Shown in pieces: positions 11,468 to 21,535 of a DNA stretch of 39,735 bases. A program made the position numbers and the translations under genes. The stretch is taken from assembly GCF_001194135.2 (NCBI RefSeq), contig NC_068985.1:2553776-2593510 (forward strand). Direction: 5' to 3'. The notes under the pieces were generated by a model. It searched no databases, was not told where the DNA came from, and saw only the letters and a program-made list of their open reading frames with translations. Positions within the stretch are counted from its first letter, which is position 1, and every line of letters begins with the position of its first letter. The stretch comes from Octopus bimaculoides. Its lineage: Eukaryota.

Positions 11468-11790
11468 CTTTTACTTGTCTCAGTCATTAGACAGCAGCCT
11501 AACTGGGGCACTAACTTGAAGAATTTTAGTTAAACCAATCAACCCCAATATTTTTATTTTGGTTTTAAAGCCAGGTGCCTATTCTATCAGGACTTGCCCA
11601 AATCCTACATTATGGGTACAGATGCAAAGTCATACATACAACAGGCTTCTTTCAGTTTCCATCTAATAAATCCACTCAGGAAGCCTGAGGCTATAGTAGA
11701 CAATATGCCAAAGGTGCCATGCAGTGGGACTGAACCCAGGATCATGTGACTGGGAAGCAAACTTCTTACCTCACAAGTATGCCTACACCT
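11468..11790 (-). mobile_element. SINE family A, diverged
   Basis: ttttacttgtctcagtcatt...ggcttctttcagtttccatct...aaggtgccatgcagtgggactgaaccc is the reverse complement of family A. Confidence 0.8.
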
Positions 11791-11831
11791 ATAGCCACAT
11801 GTCTACATAGGACTATATAACTTACCTATGT

Positions 11832-12151
11832 ATAGAGGAGCACTCTGTCGGTTACAACAACAAGGGCCCCAGCTGATACAATCAACACAACAGCTTGCTC
11901 GTGAAATTAACGTGCAAGTGGCTGAGCACTCCACAGACACGTCTACCCCTAACGTAGTTCTCGGGGTAAATTCAGCGTGACAAAGCTGGCCCTTTGAAAT
12001 ACAGGTACAACTCATTTTTGCCAGATGAGTGAACTGGAGCAACGTGAAAAATAAAGTGTCTTGCTCAAGGACACAACACGTTACCGGGAACTGAACTCAC
12101 GACCTTACGATTGTGAGCCAAATGCCCTAACCACTAAGCCTCGCACTTTCA
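11832..12151 (-). mobile_element. SINE family B (tRNA-derived head plus a gtgtccttgagcaagacact core)
   Basis: Minus-strand head gcgaggcttagtggttagggcatttggctcacaatcgtaaggtcgtgagttcagttccc has A/B boxes, followed by ttgtgtccttgagcaagacacttt, which is typical of conserved SINE central domains. Confidence 0.8.
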
Positions 12152-12659
12152 CACACACATATATGCATATATACATAACAATGATAAGGTCAACTACCAT
12201 CATCATCATCATCATTCCCAACATCACAACTACTACCATCCACTGATACTACGTTTCAAATGCAACAATCTGTGCTGTGATGCTGCAGGAGGGTCGTTTA
12301 CTTTCTATTTAGAGAGTAGTAAATCAAAATAGGATCTTCCTCAGAGAGAGAGAGAAAAGCAGTAAAAGTTTCGTGACACCAGTGATATGCAGTGAGTTGT
12401 TTAGACAGAGGGGAAAAAAGAAAGCTGGCAGCAGTCACAGAGAAGTAAATCTTTGGAAAGACCAAAGCCAGCAGGAGTGAATTGATGCCGAACATGAAAT
12501 TACAGAGAAGGCCGAAAATATTGCTGTCAAAGTTACAGGAACATAATCAAGTTAAAGCAACCGTTCAAGATTTATAGGACAAAAGAGACAAAATAAAAAC
12601 TAAAATACAATATAATTAAGAGAGAGAGGTTAAACTGGAGTTTCTTTTTCATTTTTATC

Positions 12660-12712
12660 NNNNNNNNNNNNNNNNNNNNNNNNNNNNNNNNNNNNNNNNN
12701 NNNNNNNNNNNN
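12660..12712. other. Assembly gap (53 N)
   Basis: Run of N. Confidence 1.
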
Positions 12713-13059
12713 TCCCCCCCCCCCCCTCCATTTTGCTCACTTGATCTTCAAACTAATTCTGCTGTTGTTGTACAACAGAAAATAAAAGCATCACCTATGT
12801 TATGTAGGTACAAATTCTCTGCCATCAATCATCAACTTCTTTTATGATTATTATTATCATTATTATTATGTGCTTCTGGGGGAATGAAACTGGGGGGGGG
12901 GGGGACCACATTTAAATTTATGTGGGGAATTTGCTGGTTGGAGACCAGCAGATTTTTAGAGTTGCAGCCAATATAATCAGAAGGAAACGCTAAAATTGGT
13001 TGAAATATTTCGTCTAATATGATGTTATTTTATATTCTAATGATGACCATAAGATAACG

Positions 13060-14100
13060 ACAAAGCTGTTATGTAATGAAATGGATAAAAGTGAACATTT
13101 GGTTGATGGGCAGAGAAAACATTTTGGAAATTCATTAAAAGACAGATATCAACATAGACAATAGGGAAAAACTGGCTACAGAAAGACCATGATAGCATAT
13201 TGTAATATACAGAAGTGGATGGGAAAACTTGATATCACAAAAAAAAAAAAAAAAAAAAAAGACAGAACATATTTATACTCATATAAATGAAGAAGAGAAA
13301 CTGGATGTGATATCAGTAAAATTTGGAATTATAAATCACTTGTGAATGTTCCAGTAAAGTGAAGTATACCACAAAAAAAAGAAGCAGTGTGGTCCTTACA
13401 ACTTCTGAACACCACTTCTCATTTTGACAATGGTATTATGACAGTGAAAGGAGATAAGGTGGAGATTGGGGCCTATGATAGGATATCAACTGATGCTGGT
13501 TTTCTTTCAATAGAAAAAACAACATGAGCTTGCAAGTACACTAATATTAGTGAAAACTGACAACAGTTGGGGACATAAATATTAACAACAAAATCTACCA
13601 GTAACTGAGATTTGTTAATGTGGTTGAAAACAAGAAATAGGTATTTTCACAGTGCAGGAAAGAGGTTTTTAAAATATTCTATGAGAGAGCTGCAAAGGAG
13701 GTGAATGGATGACAGACTCGAAGAATAATATATTTGTTAAAACAAAATGGGAAATGGAATTGCTTCTCAAAGAGGAAATTGGAAAATAACTTGGTAATAT
13801 TTGAGTAGAAATCTGTAAAAAAAATGTTGAACTGAATCTATGTTCAAAGTATGGCATAGATTCACAATAATAGAGGCACTGGGATGTAAGAGATGAGACA
13901 GATTTTGTAGTATGCAGGTTGGAGAAATATTAAGACTAGAAAGATGTGAGATAGGATGTGGAAAGTTTGTGAAGTAACAGTCTATAAAAGAAGACATCAA
14001 GGGATGCCACATCAGTCTCACTGAGATTTAAAACGATGAAAATGTGGAATGATCATATTATGTGCAATGGAAAAGGATTAGAGTAGTACGATAATACCAT
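13060..14100 (+). pseudogene. Possible highly decayed class III viral fusion glycoprotein-like sequence (endogenous viral or env-like remnant)
   Basis: Purine-rich plus strand with ordered peptide motifs CYVMKWIKVNIWLMGRENI (from 13067), IMTVKGDKVEIGAYDRISTDAGFLSIEKTT*ACKYTNISEN* (13435-13560), LCS/VWHRF (13838-13863, frameshift) and GEILRLERC (13921-13947); many stops. Resemblance judged from memory only. Confidence 0.3.
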
Positions 14101-14856
14101 AAGTGTTGCTGCATAAGGTGGCATTCACAAATACAGTAAAGACTACAAGTAATTAGCAAGCTCCAGAAATTGACAAAGATCTCTAATTTCAGGCTAAAAT
14201 ACTTAATCAGTTTTCATTAACTCTGTGGTGACAACGTTCAGTGGATTGGTGAATAGACCAGAATCAAAACCCAGCTTGTTACTTGAAGGGAAAACAATCC
14301 TAGTTCCCAAAATCACAAATCAATAATAAGTAATATACAAAGTCCTAAAATATAGACATCTATGTTCATGTAGATAGTAATAATGTCTTAGCAGAGAAAG
14401 AGAAGAGACCACCACTGCAACAGGAGGGGGAAAAAAAAAGGCATGGATTATTACCCAAAAGAGTTTGACAGCGTATATGCTGACGACTATTGGAAAGTCT
14501 ACATAATAAATAAAGCAGCCTTGATACTAAAATGGTTACAAAAGAAGCCTTTCCACTCCTTCAGAAGATAATAAAACACATAGTTTTGGAAGATAGACAT
14601 GCATCTGGTGGTGTTGTAAAAATTCACATGGAATTATTGAAAACACATAATGCTAAACAAGTCGGTGATTAATTGAGCCTTATTGATTCAATTAATTGTC
14701 GCAGCTGTACAATATATAATGCAGAGCCAACTGGACAAAAGTGGAACAAGAAATATTAAACTGGTTTATTAGGAATCTTACAACAAAGACATCTTTTATC
14801 CATAATCCAATGTTATAATTCTGAATGCTTAAAGTATCTCTTTCCTCATTTTCTAT

Positions 14857-15219
14857 GCAGGCATGGCTGTGTGCTAAGAAGATTGTTTTTCCAATCACAT
14901 GGTTCCAGGTTCAGTCCCTCAAAATGACACCTTAGGCAACCTTGTGAGTGGATCTGTTAAACAGAAACTGAAAGAAGCCCATTCTATGGGTGTGTGTGTG
15001 TATGTGTTTATCCCCCCCCCACCACCACCACCACCACCACTGACAACTGGTGTTGGTGTGTTTATGTTCTTGTAATGTCTTAGCAAAACAGACCGATAGA
15101 GTAAGTACTATGTTTAAAAAATAAAAGTACTGGGGTTGATTCATTCAAGTGAAACTTCTTCAAGGTAGTGCTGCAGCATGGTCGTAATCTATTGACTGAA
15201 ACAAGTAGAAGATAAAAGA
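14857..15219 (+). mobile_element. SINE family A, with internal deletion and a (CCA)n tract
   Basis: gcaggcatggctgtgtgctaagaag...ggttccaggttcagtccc...aaactgaaagaagccc...cagcatggtcgtaatctattgactgaaacaagtagaagataaaaga. Confidence 0.85.
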
Positions 15220-15271
15220 AATGCATATCTAGCAGTAAAACACACACACCCTTAATAAATATTGAACAACT

Positions 15272-16480
15272 CATCATCATCATCACCCCCATCATCTTAA
15301 CATCTGTTTTCCATGCTGGCATGGGTTGGGCAGTTTGACCAGGGCTGGCAAGCTGAACAGTTGTTCAAACTCCATGTCTGTTTTGGCATGGTTTCAACAG
15401 CTGGATGCTCTTCCAAATGCCAGCCACTTTACAGAGTGTACTGCAGTTCCAGTACAGGTGCTTTACATAGCATCAGCACCTACAGGTCTTCAAGATTAGG
15501 GATGCTCAGCTGGAGAGGGTTGCAAGGGACAAGCCTGTATGCAAGAGCAACCATGCTTTTCCCTAGCTTGGTGTGTCTTTTCAAGCACAGCAAACCACCC
15601 AGAGTCCTGGTCCCNNNNNNNNNNNNNNNNNNNNNNNNNNNNNNNNNNNNNNNNNNNNNNNNNNNNNNNNNNNNNNNNNNNNNNNNNNNNNNNNNNNNNN
15701 AATTAGAGATCAGCACCTCTTGATGCAACTGTCCTCATTCATACGCATTACATGACCCAACCAGCAGTCTTCTCTCTTGTACTCTACACCTGAGGCCATT
15801 TATACCCAGTTTTCCCCTCAAATCACTTACACTCTCTCATATAAGCACACTGACATTGTCCACCCAGTGAAGCCCATACAGGCTTCATTTCTTTCAAGCG
15901 TTTGCATATCCTCAATAGTCACAGACCATGTCTCACTGCCATGCAGCATAGCTGTCCATACGCAGGCACCATACAATCTACCTTTCACTCTGAGGGAGAA
16001 CTCCTTCATCACTAACAGACATAGAAACTCTCTGAACTTCGCCCAGCCTAGTCTTATTGTAGCATCTATGCTTTCGGAACCCCACTCCCCACACTACTAA
16101 TTCAGTCACTTAAGTAACAGAAACTGTCTACTACTGCTAAGGCCCCCCCCCCTGACATTTGATGGAGTCTACTTTTGGTTCATGCTTAGTGTTTAATGTA
16201 TCAGCACTTCAAACACCTGTAAAGACTACTTTCTCCGTTAGTTGTCCAGTGATACAGTTGCACTTCTTATGTGTCCATAGCTTGTACTGAGTACACCTTA
16301 TGGAGTTTCTCCTGACACCTTTTCTATATATCGAGCAGGGCCATCTCCCTGAAGGTACCTGCAATTTGTCTGTTTTCTTACTTATCAATACTTTGGTCTT
16401 TCTTACATTAACTCTAAGGCCCTTTGATTCCAAACTTTGCTTCCACACCTGAAATTAGGGTAGTGATTCAGCAATAAGAA
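15272..16480 (-). mobile_element. 5'-truncated RTE-clade LINE: RT C-terminus with a Cys/His (PHD-like) insert, post-RT region, 3' UTR and (GAT)n tail; contains an assembly gap
   Basis: WKQSLESKGLRVNVRKTKVLIS (RT thumb), WPCSIYRKGVRRNSIRCTQYKLWTHKKC (decayed C-x2-C...C-x2-C...H-x2-C) and RVKGRLYGACVWTAMLHGSETW (RTE Y..C....LYGSETW motif); the 3' end matches the isolated tails elsewhere. Confidence 0.9.
15615..15700. other. Assembly gap (86 N)
   Basis: Run of N. Confidence 1.
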
Positions 16481-18027
16481 AGACAAAACTTTGGCCACTA
16501 TCAACTTTAGGTGAAGCAACTGGAGAATGAAACTCAGTGATTACAAGATTCTAACCTAAAAATATGATCCTCCATCCTCTCCACAAAAAAAAATTAAGGA
16601 AACTATTAAATGTTTTATAATCAATATTGCTATGCTTGGAGAAGTGGCTGGGCAAACCACGGACACACGTGCTCTTAATGTACCGTATTTGATGGTCTAT
16701 TGGATGGTGAAATATTCCACAATGACACTCTCTCTCTCTCCACTCTTCTACCAACACCATTAATCAACATACTAAAACAGATCAGACACAAGTATAGTTG
16801 TACAATGAAATGATAATCAACCATCCACAATATATGAATGACCTCTGTTTGTTGAGAGAGTTAAACACTTTGGAATATAGGTTTATATACTGAACCTGTT
16901 CTCTCCAGTAAAGAATATGCCATGACAACAAGCATTAAAAAGTTTTAAAAAACAAAACAAAAAAAGACAGAAGAATAATCTACTAATAAAATATAAAGAC
17001 CTGAAGAAAAAGGAATTAGACTAAACACAAATTTACAAATAATTAGAAATTAATGAACTAGACTGAGAAGAACACTAATGAAACAAAAGGTTAGAAAGTA
17101 ATTCTATAAACACAAACGACTGTGATTTAAAGCATTAAGTCTATTGATAATGAAGTTATGTTCTAGAAGTTATATATTCTATAGAATAATATATTATAAA
17201 AGTTATTGAAAGTTATATTCAATTGAGTGTTAAGTGAATTATCAAGTCTAGAGAGGAAAATCAGAAAAATAATTACTGTAGTTAAAATATACTAACCTAA
17301 AAGTGATACAAAGATAATATTTAACACCAAAAAAACAATTATAAAATATCTTTTGAAGGACTTGAAAAATATCCACAAGTATCCTTATACAAATAGTTAA
17401 AACACATGAAAGAGAAAGGTTTCATTTTTCAGGTAAACCAACAAGTGTAGAACAGAGGTTAAGGTAACAGGTAGTTGTACTGAAAATGAAGGTTTAGAAC
17501 ATTAGAATTGTACACAGACCGAATTGAAGTGAAAAACTTCTGCAAAACTAAACAGCAAAAATATTCACATGTGATAAGAAAAACTCCAACCAATGCGTGT
17601 CCAATAGAATTTTGCAAAATGGAATGGGTTAAAGATACACATCAAAGATGAATCCAAAGGATTTTGGTTCCATTACCAGGAAGTACCACATACAATAATG
17701 ATGCAGATTATAAAAAAAAAAAAAAAAGAGGAACTTCAGAGGCTGTGAGAAAAAAAGGCAATGAATCCTATTGTTTCTGACTGTTTTGGCTTAGTGAAAA
17801 TGGATTATTTAAACAGACATGACATTCATATAGCGGAAACCTTGCCAATATTAATTATATGAAGAGAAAAGAGATGATATAAGCTTTTATCATAAAAGAT
17901 TTGAGAAAATGTCAAAGCAATCATACTCTAGGACATGTTGATTTACACAAATAGAAAGATTAAGAAATAAAGCTAAGATATTATCGTCAGAGATCATAAG
18001 GAGAAACATATCAATTGCAGAGGATAA

Positions 18028-18030
<3 letters not shown>

Positions 18031-18099
<69 letters not shown>
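18031..18099. repeat. (TA)n microsatellite, about 34 units
   Basis: Direct reading. Confidence 0.98.
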
Positions 18100-18100
<1 letters not shown>

Positions 18101-18101
<1 letters not shown>

Positions 18102-18245
18102 TAATGAAATGGAGAATCTATCCAAAATATAAATAGCTGAAAATAGAGATATTCAGAATGTGTGGGTTGAAAATAAAAATGATCCTCATAATACTAGGTG
18201 CCTTGGGAATGATACAAGAAAATGCAGACAAATACAGAAGAAAAA
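18101..18245 (+). mobile_element. Decayed C-terminal fragment of an RLE-type (R4/Dong-like) LINE
   Basis: Reads EMENLSK/YK*LKIEIFRMCGLKIKMILIILGALGMIQENADKY, collinear with KLSKYKDLEIEIGKMWNIMIETIPVVIGALRMIAKGADSY in the LINE ORF at 21855-22400. Confidence 0.7.
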
Positions 18246-18507
18246 CAGAGATTTATAAACCATACACAACATAGAAAATGTATGTTGTGTACATGGCAAT
18301 TGTGTATTTGAAATTTGAGAAAAACACAAAAGCAAAATGTCACATGAAAGCCAAGGCTGATGAGGCTGCACTTGTTTGTACAGTGAAATCCCATGACATT
18401 ACAGCTGAACGAAAAAGAAATTCTGAAGACATCCCTATATCCATAGATACCATTAACGTATTTCAACACTAAACATATATAGCAATATTAGAAACTCCTT
18501 CAAATAT

Positions 18508-18728
18508 TTAAGCCTTTAGCATTGAAACTAGCCACATCCAGCTCAAATATCCTGTTTTGTTCAAGCCAGCCAGATCCAGCTTCTTACACCTACCCTACAA
18601 TGTCATTCTAAAAATAAGCAATCACAATGAAATCTCAAAGCTGTGAGATAATGCATGATTCATTCTGACAACAAGGTGAATAAACAAGCCCCACATTTGA
18701 CAGAAAGATCTAAATGCCAGAGGCTTAA
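18508..18728. mobile_element. piggyBac-type MITE with TTAA ends and short TIRs
   Basis: TTAAgcctttagcatt (from 18508) and aatgccagaggcTTAA (to 18728) are inverted repeats bounded by TTAA; second copy at 8652-8847. Confidence 0.85.
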
Positions 18729-19368
18729 GCTGATGGTGTTAATAAAATATCCAAGTTTTACCTGACACTAAATTCACACAAAATAGTTTAATTACTCCAC
18801 AGTTTCTGTTACCAGTGGAAAGATTGATTGATCATAGATTAAAACTTACAGCTAAATCTAAGTGTACAGGAAAAAACAAAAATTAAATAGATACATCAAC
18901 TTAATTACATATAGAACTCATTACGTTTATAATCTGGTTAAGAAAAAAAATGCAAAAGCATAAAAGAGTTGCAACTAAACAAATGAATAATAGAGATGCT
19001 GGCAAATGAAAATATGGCCATAGGGCAAATAAAGAAAGCTAAATGAAAACTAGGAAATTGGATATATTGATAACTAAAAAGCCATTGATATTGTCCTTTA
19101 TTCAATGATTCTGGAAACATTAACCTTGACTGTTTCTTGTGAATACGAAACTAGTGTAACGGTTTGATCCTAACTCTATTCTTGCTGCTAATTCACTGCC
19201 ACTGTAACCAAATTATTTCCATTATTGTCTCTATAAATTACAGACATTACTGCTTACGGCACACTCATATTCTTTACACTTGCTCCACTTCTATTGGAAG
19301 TAGCTTTTTGTTAGAACTGGATGTTATTATTCCAATAGACAAAGAAAAAAAAAAAGGCTTCGTCATAG

Positions 19369-19770
19369 CTTCCTTTCTAAAACACTTTGATGTGTATTGT
19401 AAGATCACTCACCACTCATAACTCGTATGATCAGGCTTCTTTTCTAAAACACTTTGATGTGTATTGTAAGATCACTCACCACTCATAACTCGTATGATCA
19501 GGCTTCCTTTCTAAAACACTTTGATGTGTATTGTAAGATCACTCACCACTCATAACTCGTATGATCAGGCTTCCTTTCTAAAACACTTTGATGTGTATTG
19601 TAAGATCACTCACCACTCATAACTCGTATGATCAGGCTTCCTTTCTAAAACACTTTGATGTGTATTGTAAGATCACTCACCACTCATAACTCGCATGATC
19701 AGGCTTCCTTTCTAAAACACTTTGATGTGTATTGTAAGATCACTCACCACTCATAACTCTTATGATCAGG
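19369..19770. repeat. Tandem array of six 67-bp units
   Basis: Unit cttcctttctaaaacactttgatgtgtattgtaagatcactcaccactcataactcgtatgatcagg starts at 19369, 19436, 19503, 19570, 19637 and 19704; only three single-base variants seen (units 2, 5, 6). Confidence 0.98.
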
Positions 19771-19872
19771 TGGGAGGCCATCATTTAGTGGGGAATAAGA
19801 ATAACTCAACTAAAAACATTTCCAGAAACTGGTTTGGCTCTAATTTACTGGATAGCAACCAAATGTTTTTTC

Positions 19873-20063
19873 AATTATTTACATTTGACGGGTATTTGTC
19901 CTCATCAGGTGTCTTGGGGAAATTTCGAACCTGGGTTCTCATTCCTAACGTATTTTTCGAAGTTATTATTATTATTATTATTATTATTCAGGTCACTTTC
20001 TGGAATCGAACTCGGAATCCTGGGGTTAATAGCCCACGCTCTTAACCACTACGCCATATGCCC
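19873..20063 (-). mobile_element. tRNA-like head, (AAT)n linker and Penelope-terminal-like body; hammerhead core deleted in this copy
   Basis: Minus strand: gggcata TGGCGTAGTGG (A box, 20056-20046) ttaagagcgtgggctattaaccccaggattccga GTTCGATTCC (B box, 20011-20002) agaaagtgacctg (aat)8, then a body matching 22578-22720 except for a 51-nt deletion. Confidence 0.75.
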
Positions 20064-20195
20064 AAGGGCATATGGCAGTGAACTGAATAATAATAATAGG
20101 TGGCTGGATGTGTTCTTCGCTGCTCTAACCTGTCAGCAGCTGAAGACACAGAAACACTAATACAACCCAGCAGGACAACTAAAAAAATAACTCTA

Positions 20196-21215
20196 AAAGA
20201 CTGGAATATCTACAGTTTCCTGTGAGTATTTTGAATTTCCCTCAAAATAAGTTAAGGAACTTACATATCTACAGCTTTCGAACACATAAACGATCAGCTT
20301 TAAAACCTTTAATATCTACAGCTTCTGTGAATACTTATCATTTCCTTTCCCCCTGAGTACTTGAAAATGCAAACATCCTCTTTATTCCAAGAACACTTCA
20401 GTTTTCTCTGTTCGGACAGACAAAAAATCATCTCCAGTAAATTTTAAAATCTTCATATCTACAATTTTCTGTGTAAAAATTTTAACTTCCTTTTCTTTCT
20501 GTTCTTTTTTCCCTGAATATTCGAAAATGTAAACATCCTTTTTATTGTAGACAAAACACCACAGTTTTCTCTGAACGGACGTACAAACGAACACCTCAAA
20601 AAATTAAGAAATTTTAATATCTCCAATTTTGTGTGATCATTTTGTCTTCCCTGACTAACAGAATATGTAAACATGCCTTTTATTGCAACAACACAATTAA
20701 ATGCATGAAAAAAAAATTAAGGGAGTAAGCACTTGCCAATATGCACATACTGCACAACTACAAAAACTGAAAACCACAGCAAAACTTTTAAAAAGAAAAG
20801 AAAAATTCCAAAAGAAAAAGAAATTCAGAAATTCAAAAATCCAACAAGGTGAACATCTCTTCCTCCTACTATTCCCAAAGACTGGAATATCTACAATTTC
20901 CTGTGAATATTTTAAATCTCCCTCAAAATAAAATAAGTTAGGAAACTTACATACCTACAGCTTTCGAACACACAAACAATCAGCTTAAAAAAAAACAACC
21001 CTTTAATGTCTACAACTAATGTGTGACGACTTATCCTTTCCTCTCTCCCTGAGTATTCAAAAATGTAAACACCATCCTTCTTTTTATTCTAAGAACACTA
21101 CCATTTCTCTCTGTGCAATCATACAAAAGACCATATTTAGTTAATCATAAAACTTTACTATCTACAACTTGTTTTTTTTTCTTTTTGATTCTCCCTGAGT
21201 ATTCGAAAATGTAAA
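20196..21215. repeat. Hierarchical degenerate tandem repeat (about 140-160-nt sub-units within a duplicated block offset by about 680 nt)
   Basis: The motif ccctga(g/a)tay..gaaaatgyaaaca occurs at 20351, 20511, 20649, 21047 and 21193; the block aaagactggaatatctaca...ctacagctttcgaacac occurs at 20196 and 20877. Confidence 0.8.
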
Positions 21216-21221
21216 CATTCT

Positions 21222-21535
21222 TTTTGTGGCCACTAGCCCAGAAGGAATATAAGAGATGCCACCACAATATGGCCAGGCTTGTCCATTGGACACTTTGCAA
21301 CAAGTATGGACTTGACAGAGCAAAAAAGTGGTACGACCACAAACCTGAAGACATCGTTGAAAATAGAAATGCAGAGATCCTATGGGATTTTATGATTCAG
21401 TGTGACCCTGAGATAGAGAATAGGAAGCTGGACATAGTCTTAATAGAGAAAGAAAACAAACTATGCTGGATCATAGATACAGCATGCCCAGCTGACAAGG
21501 TATGCGATAAGGAAGAAAGAAAAGTCGAGAGATAT
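21222..21535 (+). mobile_element. RLE-type (R4/Dong-like) LINE fragment: region after the zinc knuckle and the restriction-like endonuclease
   Basis: LAQKEYKRCHHNMARLVHWTLCNKYGL..KWYDHKPEDIVEN..ILWDFMIQCD..RKLDIVLIEKENKLCWIIDTACP is a decayed RH..V..HW / WD..I.TD / RPD..D RLE signature. Confidence 0.85.

Noticed and set aside
12713-12904. Poly-C and poly-G tracts as G-quadruplex or regulatory elements
   Set aside because: Single homopolymer runs next to an assembly gap, with no four-tract pattern; may be sequencing-related.
15313-15755. ORFs spanning N runs (also 2207-2545 and 27351-27689)
   Set aside because: Length is inflated by assembly gaps; they are antisense to, or part of, retroelement remnants.
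18357-18400. Second hammerhead-like string CTGATGA-g-gctgcac..gtacagt-GAAA
   Set aside because: Stem II is imperfect, and no credible stem I or properly placed NUH cleavage triplet can be formed.
19369-19770. Regularly spaced repeats resembling a CRISPR array
   Set aside because: Units are contiguous and identical along their whole length, with no unique spacers and no cas genes; the context is eukaryotic.
19990-20063. tRNA gene (Asn-like anticodon loop ctattaa)
   Set aside because: A and B boxes are present, but the acceptor, anticodon and T stems do not pair properly and it runs into a repeat body; treated as a tRNA-derived head.
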